DNA of 64,000 nucleotides from Candidatus Omnitrophota bacterium (GCA_043821445.1 JBDRCT010000036.1:25879-89878); one strand, 5' to 3'; positions 1 to 10,324 are shown, numbered from the stretch's first letter. The notes: generated from the sequence alone by a model not told the origin. A program made the numbers and translations.

Positions 1-11
1 AAGACTGAACA

Positions 12-1475
12 TTATCCGCTTAATTTTCTTTTATCAAAATAAATCCGCATTTCTTTTAATCTAAGCCCATAGTTCTTAATTAAATTTTGCGATTCATTAA
101 GAAACCCTAAAAAAGACCATACAAAATAAATTCGTAATCTTTGTTGAAGCGCGTAGATTTCCTTTTCAGGCACTCTCTCCCCGGCATGAAGAATGGCGTT
201 TCGTAAATCATAATCAGTTCTAAATTTTGTTTTCCACGTGTATCTGTCAGCTGCATTGAACGCTATGAATAAAGAAGCGTTTTCCGCCAGTTCATTACTG
301 TAGCCGCGGCCCGCTTCGCTAGACAATGAAATTAATGCTTCAATCGATACAAACAAACTAATAATAAAATCGTTCGGCTCATCATCCAAATATGATTTTA
401 AAAACCAGTCCAGCGACCTTCTAATTTTTTTTACTAATTGAGAATTGTCATATTTTTCTATAAGCTCGTTAAACTCTTTCAGGCGAAATCTTTTTTCAAA
501 ATCTGACAAAATTACTTTGTCTATTTGCCATTTATGCCCCGTTACTCTTAATTGTGAAAAGCGCGTATCTATTTCCTTATAATCGTCTTTATTAATGATA
601 AAATAATTTTGCTCGCCTCTTGGTTTCTCATTAAAGTTAGTTGTTTTTAACTGTTCTGCATCTATATTTGCGCTTTTTTCCTTGACGTTATCGAAAAAGA
701 ATTTCGCACAATAAATATATGCAAATACAATTTTAAATTCGTCTACCGCTTTATCAAAAATGATGGATTGCTCTTCATCGTGATGAAATCCGCTGGCACA
801 AAAACTCATCAGTGCATATTTGTCTTTGTCTTTTAATAATTTCTCTTTGCTAATTCTGCAGCGAAACGAACCTGCAAGGGCTAATGCTAAAAGCGCGGAG
901 CCACCTTCTGTTTCCGGCAATGAATTTAAAAAATCATCTGTTACTGGACCTATTTCGACTTTTCCAATTTTAGCTGCTGAAATTTCTTTAAAATTAATTA
1001 AATCTGTTAATAAGACCGCCTTATATTCCTTAAACCCTTTTTCAAAAATTTCTCTGAAATCTCGTATAGCAAAATGAATGTCGTCCGCACTTAAATATTT
1101 GTCTAGAGTGTCATTTATTACGGTGCCTCTCTTTTTTATCAATTCATATATTTTTCTTATAACTCGGTCACAAACAGAATACAAAGAGCTATCATTAATT
1201 TTGCATTTCCAGTTTCCTTCTCCGTCTAAGCCTATTATTCTAAAAAAAGCACCAAGGCTCCAATATATGCGCCAATACTTTAAATTATCTGCAAAGCTGT
1301 ACTTGTCTACAATTTGTGTGCCTAAAAAATCTTTTCCTAGTTTTTCTTCAGGGCCGATTTCACTAAGGACTATCTTTAAGAATTTTTCAGCATTGCTATC
1401 AAAAACAGAACTAAAACTGATTGCGCTTTGGTCCGAAGATTGTTCTTTTTCTTGTTTTTCTGATGCCTCATTCAT
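12..1475 (-). CDS. HEPN-domain (ApeA/MAE_28990-like) protein, putative defence RNase
   Basis: C-terminal RRSLDWF..FVSIEALIS..YDLRNAILHAG with RxxxxH motif; ATG at 1475 preferred over upstream TTG. Confidence 0.75.
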   Translation of the reverse strand: MNEASEKQEKEQSSDQSAISFSSVFDSNAEKFLKIVLSEIGPEEKLGKDFLGTQIVDKYSFADNLKYWRIYWSLGAFFRIIGLDGEGNWKCKINDSSLYSVCDRVIRKIYELIKKRGTVINDTLDKYLSADDIHFAIRDFREIFEKGFKEYKAVLLTDLINFKEISAAKIGKVEIGPVTDDFLNSLPETEGGSALLALALAGSFRCRISKEKLLKDKDKYALMSFCASGFHHDEEQSIIFDKAVDEFKIVFAYIYCAKFFFDNVKEKSANIDAEQLKTTNFNEKPRGEQNYFIINKDDYKEIDTRFSQLRVTGHKWQIDKVILSDFEKRFRLKEFNELIEKYDNSQLVKKIRRSLDWFLKSYLDDEPNDFIISLFVSIEALISLSSEAGRGYSNELAENASLFIAFNAADRYTWKTKFRTDYDLRNAILHAGERVPEKEIYALQQRLRIYFVWSFLGFLNESQNLIKNYGLRLKEMRIYFDKRKLSG

Positions 1476-1533
1476 AAAAGTTCCTTTATGCAAAATAAAA
1501 AAGCAGTTCCCCTCTTTTAAGTGGAACTCATAT

Positions 1534-1746
1534 CTATCTTTTATTCCTTTTCTCTATTTCCTCTAAGCGCATTTTGAAGTCATTCCAATAGTTTATAAAC
1601 TTCATAAGCTCTTCATCATTTGAACGTAATGCTGAGGCAATTGTTTCTTGTTCAATGGTGCCCGTAAGACCAAACACTCTTTTTATTGCCTCGCCTAGTT
1701 CATTCCATGTTTTTACTGCTTGCTTTTTCAAGTCTTCACGCGCCAT
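1534..1746 (-). CDS. Small helical hypothetical protein (70 aa)
   Basis: AAGGAGG RBS; co-oriented between the TPR and HEPN genes. Confidence 0.6.
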   Translation of the reverse strand: MAREDLKKQAVKTWNELGEAIKRVFGLTGTIEQETIASALRSNDEELMKFINYWNDFKMRLEEIEKRNKR

Positions 1747-1808
1747 TTTCCCCTCCTTGTTTTTATATAAAAAAAGCGGTTCCCTCTGGCTCGATTAATA
1801 CTTCTATG

Positions 1809-3242
1809 CTATTCATTTTCTGGAATAGCCTCTACTTGAGACTGTTCGGTTTCCATCTCGGCAATGTATTTTTTAGCCATCTCTGACAAGATACGCATTT
1901 GAGCAAAAGCGATGCTCTCTTTTAAAAAAATATGGAATTCTTGGGCAGAAGCATTAAAGTTTCCAATAATTTTATTCAACAGACCAATCGCAAATCTAAA
2001 TTGGACTTTTCCAGGATGTATATCAAAATAATGGCTAATAAATGCTATGACTTCCATGTATATGCCGCCTGCGGCTTCGCGCCCAAAAGCCTCTTCGTAT
2101 TCAGAAACTGCATGTTCATATTTTTCCTCACATAAGTCCAAGAAGGCGCTAGATAACCATGCGCTGGCAACCGTTTTTGAATATTCTTTTGCCAATTCGA
2201 TATGCTCTCGCGATTTTGAAACGTTATCCAAAAAGAAATAAAAAGTGGCGGCGCATAAGTGTGCTTGCGCCCAGTTTAATTTTTCATTTAAAGCTCGATT
2301 CGTTCTATCTAAACAAAATTCTATGCTTTTTCTGTCTATATTGAATCCCTTTGGCCGAAATATGTTGGTCCGATATACTACTTTCGCAGAATTCAAATAC
2401 GCCTCGCGAAGAAAAAATAATATTTTTTCTTTAAAAAGATATCGCCATTTAAAGTTTTGAATCTTTTTTGTTTCGATATTTTGCTTGAGGTCTTCGAAAA
2501 CAGCGCTGGCATTTTCGTAATGCCCGTATAGAAACAAGATTAATCCTAAAATGTATAATGTTGTTTCTCTTAAATTTTTTGACATTACGTCTAAGTCTAG
2601 GCTTTCATTTTCCTCATTAATGCTCCATCTGCGCCCACCAATTCCCATGCCCACAGCAGCACATGTTTGAATTTTTGGCATTAGCTCCATAATGGGTATC
2701 TTGTAAGTGAAATGTATTTTTGGAAACGTATAAAGCTTCTTCTTTTTTTGAGAAGCGACGCTCATATATCCCCAAATTATTAAACAACAGTTACTTTTTG
2801 AACGGATTTCATTCGCTTGCTCGACTGTCTCAATGCAATAATTGGGTGGCAAAGTGACAAGGCGAATAGAGCCACCCAAAGAGACATTAACCAATTCTTC
2901 TTTAAGTCTTTCTCTCAAATCTCTTATGACCTTTTGAACTTCTTCAGAGCCTCTTGGTGAAAATAAAACAGCTATTTCGTTATTTTTAAAAATGGGCATT
3001 CTGCGACCAAGCAACCAAAAAACAATTATTATTGCTGATAATAAAAAAAAGCCTATCAAATGCCCTGTTGGTAGCAATCTTGGATTGCTTTTTAACCCAT
3101 CAAAAGTAATCTCCAAAAGGGGTTTAATATTTGCTGCGCCAAAATGATAAACAATATTCGCCAGTATAATGCTGACGAACAAGCCCCTCCCTCTGTACCA
3201 CTGCGAATTAATCCAATCAAAAACTTTTATGTAATCAAACAT
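1809..3242 (-). CDS. Membrane-anchored TPR-repeat protein
   Basis: Two N-terminal hydrophobic segments; TPR-like helices (YILGLILFLYGHYENASAVF, FAIGLLNKIIGNFNASAQEF). Confidence 0.7.
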   Translation of the reverse strand: MFDYIKVFDWINSQWYRGRGLFVSIILANIVYHFGAANIKPLLEITFDGLKSNPRLLPTGHLIGFFLLSAIIIVFWLLGRRMPIFKNNEIAVLFSPRGSEEVQKVIRDLRERLKEELVNVSLGGSIRLVTLPPNYCIETVEQANEIRSKSNCCLIIWGYMSVASQKKKKLYTFPKIHFTYKIPIMELMPKIQTCAAVGMGIGGRRWSINEENESLDLDVMSKNLRETTLYILGLILFLYGHYENASAVFEDLKQNIETKKIQNFKWRYLFKEKILFFLREAYLNSAKVVYRTNIFRPKGFNIDRKSIEFCLDRTNRALNEKLNWAQAHLCAATFYFFLDNVSKSREHIELAKEYSKTVASAWLSSAFLDLCEEKYEHAVSEYEEAFGREAAGGIYMEVIAFISHYFDIHPGKVQFRFAIGLLNKIIGNFNASAQEFHIFLKESIAFAQMRILSEMAKKYIAEMETEQSQVEAIPENE

Positions 3243-3266
3243 TGGTAGTTACCTCTCATGGGATAC

Positions 3267-3299
3267 AAAAAAGGCGGCTCCCCTATTAAGAGAACCGCC
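3267..3299 (-). terminator. Intrinsic terminator-like hairpin between the SIR2 and TPR genes
   Basis: GGCGG...CCGCC stem followed by T6 on the minus strand. Confidence 0.55.
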
Positions 3300-3356
3300 C
3301 TCAATAATTCAAAATTCAAGACGCCCTTCAGGGCTTATTGCTGGGTAGTATAAACC

Positions 3357-4535
3357 TCATTTTTGTGAGTCGCTAGGGAAAGAAGAGAGCGAATCTGTAT
3401 ATTCTTTTAATCGCTTTTTTTCTATTTCAGTTATGATGCTTAACCGTCTGTCAAAAACTATGTTTGCTATTCGCTGAATGTATTTATCGCTGCAATTTAA
3501 TAGCTTCTCTTTAAATGGGAAAAATGCTTTCTCGGTCGCTTTTTTTTCATTAACAACATCCACGAATCTTTTATATGTCATGCAAACAAACCATATTTTG
3601 TCATGGCAATATTTTTTATAATGAGCCTCCATGTTTTCGTCCGGGTTGATTACCGTTATCCTCTCTTTCCCGGCCAACCTCTCGTCTTCATCTGCAACCG
3701 CAAAGTATGGATAACCGCTAAATAAAACCCTGCTCATTGTATCTTCTTTAGGAAAAGAATAGCCAATGTAAGTTTTATTAAGTGAATTACGTAATAAAGA
3801 GTAAGCGCTTGCCCACAAATCTTTTATAGGAATAAACAACTCATCTTTTTGGAGCAGTGGGGGTATAAAAAATGCCTCTTGGCCTTTCTCTTCGAACTCA
3901 TTGCGAAGTAGCTTTTGGCAAGCTCTAATCAAATATTTTGTTCTTTTACCATCGTCGTATTGGAGTATCTTTGTATAAAAAGCCGCATCCTTGGGTAATT
4001 CATCTACTGAAAACCAATCGATTGAACCATGTAATTTAAGTATTACGATATCTTGTTTTGTGATATTAAACCTGAATTCATATTTCTTCTGAATTTTATC
4101 AAGCTGTTTTTCAATAAGATTATCCCAATTAAATGTTATTACAGCATCTCCGGGTTTTAGCCTTTGGCAAAATTGATTCAGATATTGCTCGTTTTCAGAT
4201 TTGAAGTTTTCTATTTTCTTATCTAAAAGTCGACCGATTTCAAGATGGAATTCTTTTTTGAAATCGCTTACATATTTGAACAATGGGACGCCTAGAAGTT
4301 CATAGTAGTTTATTAATGAACGAAAATAATTATAAAAATCTTCCACATTAGGGTAATTCGCCAAGGCTGTTCTGAAGGAAGGATAAAAATTTATGCAGGT
4401 TGTATTAATTTTGTCAGCAAACGTTTCGCTGGTTCCATTGTTCACTAGCATCCCAAGAAATTCATTGGCTAGCGGTAAATCAAATGTCTTTGAGAAGCCA
4501 GCCCCTAGAATGTAGACGGTTCTATTTATGCTCAT
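3357..4535 (-). CDS. SIR2-like (SIR2_2) NADase-family protein
   Basis: Motifs YILGAGFS, ITFNWDNLIE, LKLHGSIDW, IGYSFP. Confidence 0.85.
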   Translation of the reverse strand: MSINRTVYILGAGFSKTFDLPLANEFLGMLVNNGTSETFADKINTTCINFYPSFRTALANYPNVEDFYNYFRSLINYYELLGVPLFKYVSDFKKEFHLEIGRLLDKKIENFKSENEQYLNQFCQRLKPGDAVITFNWDNLIEKQLDKIQKKYEFRFNITKQDIVILKLHGSIDWFSVDELPKDAAFYTKILQYDDGKRTKYLIRACQKLLRNEFEEKGQEAFFIPPLLQKDELFIPIKDLWASAYSLLRNSLNKTYIGYSFPKEDTMSRVLFSGYPYFAVADEDERLAGKERITVINPDENMEAHYKKYCHDKIWFVCMTYKRFVDVVNEKKATEKAFFPFKEKLLNCSDKYIQRIANIVFDRRLSIITEIEKKRLKEYTDSLSSFPSDSQK

Positions 4536-4690
4536 TTGGGTAATATACCCTCCAATTTTTCTTTGAGCCAGAGAAAGCTACAGCCGATACCCTTTAGCTC
4601 AAAATAAGTGATTTTGCTAAAGACCTTAATCCCCTAGACCCTGCCGTAGGGAAAAGTTTGAGTAGTGGCTTTTGAAGGGACGATTTTTTG

Positions 4691-4746
4691 TTATGGCTAT
4701 GACGGTATTCCCGAACATCATTGAGCCTTAAATCGCTTTTAATGGC
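4691..4746. repeat. Non-coding direct repeat, copy 1 (copy 2 at 12373-12429)
   Basis: TTATGGCTAT plus exact 20-mer CTTAAATCGCTTTTAATGGC at 4727-4746. Confidence 0.8.
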
Positions 4747-4916
4747 CGAATTTTGTTTTCCTTAAAATCGATAGAAAGAAACAGTAGGTAGTATATTGAA
4801 AAGAATTGAGACCTCGCTAAATTCGACCCGTACCCTCTAGGAGATAAAGGGGGCAATCTGACTCTTAGTCAGATGCTCTTTGGGGCTTGAGGGAAAAACG
4901 AAAGGATATAACCCTC

Positions 4917-5993
4917 TTAATTTGAGGCGGTTGCGGTAACGTTTGCCGAGGGAGTATTTGGGGTAACGGCTTCTGGTGACTTATTGGTGACTATATTTTT
5001 CCCGAGTAGGGCTACAGCTTTATTCTTGTGGGACTGGCTGAGATGGGAGTACCTGAGGGTCATTTCTAAGGATTTATGCCCGAGCAGTTCTCGGATAGTA
5101 TTAAGGTCTACGCCACTCATAGCCAAATGAGAAGCGAAAGTATGTCGAAGGTCGTGAAATCGAAAATCTTCTATCTTTGATTTCTTCAGAGCGGTCTGAA
5201 AAGCCTTTCTAAAATTAAACGGTTTCCCGTCCTCTCCGCAAAAGACATAGCTGCTTTCAGAATGCCGTTTAATCGATGCGAGAGCTTTCCTGATATTTAG
5301 ATTAAGCGGACAGTATCGTTTTTCATCGTTTTTTGTCTGCATCAAGGCAATTACTTCGTTCACATAATCAACATCTTCCCACTTCAGACCTTGAATCTCT
5401 CCCTTTCTCATCCCTGTATTAAGAGCAACTTCAACAATCGCTCTTAGCTTCGGAGAACAGTGCCCTAGTAGAATTTGAATCTCTTCCTTGGACAAAAATC
5501 TAAGCCTCCGGTTATCCTCTTTAAAAAATTTCACCTTCTTGACCGGATTTTCGGTCGCTTTCCCCCATTCCACTGCTTTTGAATACATCACCTTTAGACA
5601 AGCGAGCTCCCGGTTAACAGTAGCCTTACAAACGGTTTTAAGCCGTTCTTCCCGGTATCTTTCAATCATCAGCGGAGTAATTTCATAGAGATACCTTTTA
5701 CCAAACGGAGGCATGAGACGATTCAGGATAGTCTTATCTGTTTTCTCCCATGACTTTTTATTTGGTTTAGCATAGAGCTCAAGGTAATCACCCGCGAAGT
5801 CTTTGAATCTTATTTTTTTGAGCTGCTTAATGTCTAGGTGCCTATTTTCAATTACCTCAACTTCCCGTTTCATTAAGACAGCCTGAGCTTGCTTTTTGCT
5901 ACGCCCTATCTTCTGGCGCATTCTTCTTCCTTGAGCGTCGTAGTAATCGATATACCAATCTTCTCCTCTGTTCTTCCTCTGATAAATTCCCAT
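4917..5993 (-). CDS. int: Tyrosine recombinase / phage-type integrase
   Basis: TGMRKGEI, FHDLRHTFAS, LLGHKSLEMTLRYSH catalytic motifs; N-terminal arm-binding domain. Confidence 0.95.
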   Translation of the reverse strand: MGIYQRKNRGEDWYIDYYDAQGRRMRQKIGRSKKQAQAVLMKREVEVIENRHLDIKQLKKIRFKDFAGDYLELYAKPNKKSWEKTDKTILNRLMPPFGKRYLYEITPLMIERYREERLKTVCKATVNRELACLKVMYSKAVEWGKATENPVKKVKFFKEDNRRLRFLSKEEIQILLGHCSPKLRAIVEVALNTGMRKGEIQGLKWEDVDYVNEVIALMQTKNDEKRYCPLNLNIRKALASIKRHSESSYVFCGEDGKPFNFRKAFQTALKKSKIEDFRFHDLRHTFASHLAMSGVDLNTIRELLGHKSLEMTLRYSHLSQSHKNKAVALLGKNIVTNKSPEAVTPNTPSANVTATASN

Positions 5994-6054
5994 TGTCCTT
6001 ATCTCCTTTTCCTAGAATTTGATGCAAAGTAAGCATTATTGTTATTAATTATAG

Positions 6055-6261
6055 TCATATTATACTTGCTGATATTGAATAGTCAATAACTGGATGGATT
6101 CTTTCATCTAGCCATTTTTCGATATCCGTGCGCTTGAACCTGAGAAGCCTTCCGACTTTAACGAAGGGTATTTCTCGCTTGTGAATCCATGAGTAAAGTG
6201 TGTTGGGGCGAATTTTTAAATAATCCGATACTTCCGTAGGGGTCATTAGCTCTGACTGCAC
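6055..6261 (-). CDS. Excisionase-like HTH_17 protein
   Basis: LMTPTEVSDYLKIRPNTLYSWI..IPFVKVGRLLRF; directly upstream of int. Confidence 0.85.
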   Translation of the reverse strand: MQSELMTPTEVSDYLKIRPNTLYSWIHKREIPFVKVGRLLRFKRTDIEKWLDERIHPVIDYSISASII

Positions 6262-6439
6262 TGTTCGTTGTTATCCTTTCTGATAATCATTTGGCGCCTA
6301 TAAGGCTTGGTATAATCTATAAAGACTTCATTTTCTGAAGAATGTAAGAATAACCGGCCTAGGCTACGAGTATTCAAAAACTGAAGCGTAAGGGGTCCTC
6401 TGATGGCACTTGACGCTTTATTTATTGACGAATGACACT

Positions 6440-6781
6440 TCATAACTTGAACCTAGAAATTGCATTGTCGTACCTCCCAGTAAGTTTGTAATAAGTGGTA
6501 AATCTATACTTACCTCCAACCGTCCGGCTTCTTTCAATCCACTCTTTCTGTTCCAGCCCCTTAAAAGCTTTGGCAATAGTCGCAGAGGCCATAATGTCTT
6601 CCATCTCACTGTAGTGGAGGCAAATATCGCCGTTATTGGCCCCGTTGAATTTATACTTAAGATGGATATATAAAATTTTCTCGGAAGAAGTAAGTCCGCT
6701 CCTCCACGCTGGGTTTTTTAAAAGTTCACGCTCTAAAGCCACAAAAGGTTTAAATTGATTTTTCCTTTTATTTGCTCCCAT
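6440..6781 (-). CDS. Winged-HTH protein resembling the N-terminus of phage replication initiators
   Basis: LTSSEKILYIHL..ATIAKAFKGLEQKEWIER pattern. Confidence 0.6.
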   Translation of the reverse strand: MGANKRKNQFKPFVALERELLKNPAWRSGLTSSEKILYIHLKYKFNGANNGDICLHYSEMEDIMASATIAKAFKGLEQKEWIERSRTVGGKYRFTTYYKLTGRYDNAISRFKL

Positions 6782-6926
6782 TTTTATCTCTTTTCAGATT
6801 TATGTATCTTTACGCTCCCGTTTGAATTTTTAGCATTGTTAATACCGTTCGTCCTTTAACGGATTTGAGCCCTTGTAATAGCCCAGGATTACAACAATCC
6901 TCTGGGCAAGGGTTAGGCTATTTTTT

Positions 6927-7073
6927 TTAAAGAAGCCGAGCCGTTTGAAAATGAGGACAAACCAAAATCTTCATGGCAGCGTGTTGTTTGCAAACGCAAG
7001 CGCATTGCTGGCACTTAGGATTAACCTTATTAGGTTTGCCCTTATAAAATCGGATATACTCCTTTTTCCCCAT
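6927..7073 (-). CDS. Small Cys-rich protein, 48 aa, not in the ORF track (MGKKEYIRFYKGKPNKVNPKCQQCACVCKQHAAMKILVCPHFQTARLL)
   Basis: Hand-translated; GGAGG RBS; CxxCxxxC..CP motif. Confidence 0.55.
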   Translation of the reverse strand: MGKKEYIRFYKGKPNKVNPKCQQCACVCKQHAAMKILVCPHFQTARLL

Positions 7074-7237
7074 ACGTTATGACCTCCTCTCCTAACCTTG
7101 TTAAGTATCAAAAAGGGGTGACAAGACTCCCCTTATGAGAAAAGAGATAGCACCTCTCCTACTAAGGATAAGTGTCAAAGAGGTATGACAAGAAATGAGG
7201 GGAAAAGAAAAAAGAGAGAGGGAAAAGGTTGTTGAAC

Positions 7238-8395
7238 TTATTTTTTCTTAAAAAAATTAACGCAAGTGAGGGCTTGCTTCGCAGAGTAGACGCATTTCGA
7301 ATTTACTAGTTCCGGCTTAGGGATATTTCCTTTATGCGAGTGTCTAATAAGCGTTCTCTCTGAAACTTTTAATTTTTCAGCTAACTTCTCACGGCTTACA
7401 AAATTTTTGGGTGGTTCTCGTCTTACTCTTTGTCTTACTAGTTCTAGCAAAGGTGCATAGTCACAAGGTCTGTAAATTCTACAATACCTTCTTCCTTTTA
7501 GCTCCCATTCGGATTTGTAAATACCATTTATGTCCAAATTTCTAAGTGTCTGGGGAGAACAATGAACATAAGCAGCCATTTGCTTAACCAATATTTCTTG
7601 ATTCTCATCAGGAAAGTGCGAAATTGGCATGGGAGCAATCGCTCGTCTGTTTTTTTGTTGTATTTTTCCTCTTTCATTGTTCACAATTTCGTAGCAATCA
7701 CTCTCTGATGGTTTTCTCTCAAAAGCATTTCTTAGAGAATGCGCTTTTCGCCGAAGAAGCCCTATAATCCATTCCATAGCTCTAAAACGTTTGTTCTCCG
7801 AAATTTTTTTACATGCTTCCAAGATTACAGAATAAACTTCGCCTTCAGTAAAAACCTGATAATTCTTTTTTATAAGGGGAGTTACACCCCTATCAAGCTT
7901 TTCACGGATTCTTTTTATTGCGCATTCATCTTTCTTACTCGCGCGAAGAACCAAATCATAGTCTAAAGAAACTAAATCCTTCGCTAACTTAACAGCGCCT
8001 TCACAAAATTGTTTTAATCGCTTTTCAAAGTTTGCGTTTTGGGTAATGACATATTTGGAAAACGGATGCATCTTTCCGTTTTTAATAGACTTTTGCCTGT
8101 TAAAAAGGCTGGCTATGGTTTGGCGTCGCATTTCCGCAAATCTGAGCCTTCTTAACTTGGTTTTTACTAGAGCCTTTATTAATGATTTTTTCTTTCCTTC
8201 TTTCGATATATAAAATTTTAACCATGCGCACTTTTTTCTTAATCTATTTTCTTCTTCTATGATTGAATTTAATGCATTCTTCTGAGCTTGCCCCGATAGG
8301 AAGTAATCGCTTGCTTCTTTGAAGTGTTTATCTTTTTTGTAGGCATCGAATAGACTTTTGGTGCTTTTATCCATATTACCTCTAATTTTGGACAA
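7238..8395 (-). CDS. Basic protein with two C-terminal MerR-like HTH repeats
   Basis: VKQMAAYVHCSPQTLRNLD and SREKLAEKLKVSERTLIRH; start uncertain. Confidence 0.6.
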   Translation of the reverse strand: MSKIRGNMDKSTKSLFDAYKKDKHFKEASDYFLSGQAQKNALNSIIEEENRLRKKCAWLKFYISKEGKKKSLIKALVKTKLRRLRFAEMRRQTIASLFNRQKSIKNGKMHPFSKYVITQNANFEKRLKQFCEGAVKLAKDLVSLDYDLVLRASKKDECAIKRIREKLDRGVTPLIKKNYQVFTEGEVYSVILEACKKISENKRFRAMEWIIGLLRRKAHSLRNAFERKPSESDCYEIVNNERGKIQQKNRRAIAPMPISHFPDENQEILVKQMAAYVHCSPQTLRNLDINGIYKSEWELKGRRYCRIYRPCDYAPLLELVRQRVRREPPKNFVSREKLAEKLKVSERTLIRHSHKGNIPKPELVNSKCVYSAKQALTCVNFFKKK

Positions 8396-8561
8396 TTATA
8401 GCAAGGAACGACTGGAAGTACCGTCTCAAAAGAGGCTAGCGTTGATATTTACGAGGGGATATAGAGAAAGGGAAATATTTAACTTCGGAAAAAAAGGATT
8501 AATTTTTAACCGTAGAGTTATCAAAATTCGACCGTCTTCTCATCGATATTTAACCGAAAGG

Positions 8562-8813
8562 CTACCGAGATAACGCGCCGGAGAGAAATAACCAAATTCC
8601 ATATACTATAATTGAAAGCACTAAGCCAATTATGCTAGTAATTAAACCACCTGTTGCGATACCATTAGGAAATTTTTTTATTTGCTTCGTCGAAAAAACA
8701 ATCCCCGAAACGCCAATTGCGATACCTACTAAACCGATTAATGGCCCAATGATAATGCTTAAAATTCCTAGCACCAAGCCTGCTATCCCGAAACCATTTT
8801 GATTTTTCTTCAC
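8562..8813 (-). CDS. DUF4190-like small membrane protein
   Basis: NGFGIAGLVLGILSI..GIATGGLITSIIG. Confidence 0.7.
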   Translation of the reverse strand: MKKNQNGFGIAGLVLGILSIIIGPLIGLVGIAIGVSGIVFSTKQIKKFPNGIATGGLITSIIGLVLSIIVYGIWLFLSGALSR

Positions 8814-8977
8814 GCGATTTTTCCTCCCAACTCCCAGGACAGGAGTCCAACCACAGCTAAAATTATGACTGGCGATATCAAGGCCATATCCATCATTTTA
8901 ATTTGCTTCGTTAAAGATTTTTCCTTCGGAATATTTTGAATTTCTTCGGCACAATACGGACATTTTTTTGTCCCCAT
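8810..8977 (-). CDS. Short protein with half a zinc ribbon and a TM segment, possibly a remnant
   Basis: KKCPYCAEEI without the second CxxC; GGAG RBS. Confidence 0.4.
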   Translation of the reverse strand: MGTKKCPYCAEEIQNIPKEKSLTKQIKMMDMALISPVIILAVVGLLSWELGGKIA

Positions 8978-9002
8978 AGTTTTTCTCCCTTTTTTCTTAT
9001 TT

Positions 9003-9524
9003 TTAAACCTGATGCCGCTCTGAGTGCCGCTGATGTTTGTTCCAGTTATCACGGTATTTTTTTGCTAAGATTTTATCTTGAACCACCAAAAGATTTTCCG
9101 CATTTTTGTCTTCTGCTGTGTTGGTGAAGTTGAAAGACCCTGTTATCACAATAACTTCGTCAATAATCATAACTTTGTTGTGTGCTATCGAGTGTTTGCT
9201 ATCTATGCTTACAGGCACCCCAGTTTCTATCAATAAATTTAGTTTGCTTCCCTTAGCGTGTTTTTGACTTTTGTCGAGTAAAATTTTTACTCTCACACCC
9301 CTTTTGTGGGCATTTACAAGAGCCTCTGCTATCGGTTGCGATGTGAAAGAATATGCCTGAACAAGAATTGAGGTTTGGGCTTGGTCTATAGCGTCAACAA
9401 TAGCTTGGGTACAACCGCCTTTAGGAGAAAAGTATGCGTGAGGAACTGCATCAACAGCAGGAAGAAACGGAAAAAAATGGCTGCTTAGTAATAGTAGAAC
9501 AAGAACTGTTTTTTTAATTTTCAT
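9003..9524 (-). CDS. Secreted PLD-family nuclease (Nuc-like)
   Basis: Signal peptide, FSPKGG, AYSFTS, HNKVMIID (HKD), TGSFNFT, NAENLL. Confidence 0.9.
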   Translation of the reverse strand: MKIKKTVLVLLLLSSHFFPFLPAVDAVPHAYFSPKGGCTQAIVDAIDQAQTSILVQAYSFTSQPIAEALVNAHKRGVRVKILLDKSQKHAKGSKLNLLIETGVPVSIDSKHSIAHNKVMIIDEVIVITGSFNFTNTAEDKNAENLLVVQDKILAKKYRDNWNKHQRHSERHQV

Positions 9525-9538
9525 GCTGCAGCTTATTG

Positions 9539-10324
9539 CTATTTTTGAGGTTGAGCCGTATAAATAAAGCCTTCGCTGTCGTAAGCCTTTAGCGTACCGT
9601 CCTCAGCAATTATCACATAGTCGCCGAATGAATTATTGGGATTTGCATACAGGCGTTCTTCACCCGAAATATTTTTGACAAACAGCTCTTTTATGTCGCC
9701 ACTCCCATCTCGAAATTTTCTCTCTCTAATATATTTCCCACCTTTTTTTCGAATAATAACTCTATGCGCGAGAGAGGGGGCCCACTCGTCAAACCATCTG
9801 CCAACCAAGATGCCATTCTCGTTCTCTAATGGAGGCACATCGTCTTTGGCGGCGGGAGAATCATACTTATCAGCCCATTGAACCTTGGTCTCATAACCGC
9901 TTCTGTCATTTGAAGCCGCTATGTCTGCGGTTACTGCACATTGACTACCAGGATTGCCCGCTGGACACCAAAGCACCATTGCGACATTAAAAGAACCCAC
10001 GGCTTCAGGGTCTGTATCGTAAACAAGCATATGAATTCGGTCTATTTCACTATCTTTGTTTCTAATGTCTAGGATTGCTGCATCTATTATTTTTTTATAT
10101 TGTTCTTTGGTTAAATCAGGTTTGACGGTGATACTGCATCCCATTGTTTTGATTTTAGGTAGCGAAGCTAGTTCAGTTAAAGTATAGGAAGAGGCTGGTC
10201 TGCTCAACGCCGAAATGCTACTTTCATTGTTTGACTTAATTTGATAGTCCGCCTCTGCAAAACAAGGTGAGCTGAGAGCGCTGAGGACTGCGATGGCGAG
10301 TAATACCACTATCATCTTCTTCAT
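9539..10324 (-). CDS. Secreted hypothetical protein; C-terminal domain shared with 10359-11300
   Basis: Signal peptide; GRWF..GEERL..YDxEGF domain. Confidence 0.7.
   Translation of the reverse strand: MKKMIVVLLAIAVLSALSSPCFAEADYQIKSNNESSISALSRPASSYTLTELASLPKIKTMGCSITVKPDLTKEQYKKIIDAAILDIRNKDSEIDRIHMLVYDTDPEAVGSFNVAMVLWCPAGNPGSQCAVTADIAASNDRSGYETKVQWADKYDSPAAKDDVPPLENENGILVGRWFDEWAPSLAHRVIIRKKGGKYIRERKFRDGSGDIKELFVKNISGEERLYANPNNSFGDYVIIAEDGTLKAYDSEGFIYTAQPQK

Noticed and set aside
4621-4860. 3' half of tRNA-Arg beside the integrase (GCCGTAG, ATTCGACCC)
   Set aside because: Only short partial matches; no T-arm or acceptor stem complementary to GCGCCCG
4917-8395. Complete prophage or PICI
   Set aside because: No structural, terminase or primase genes in the window
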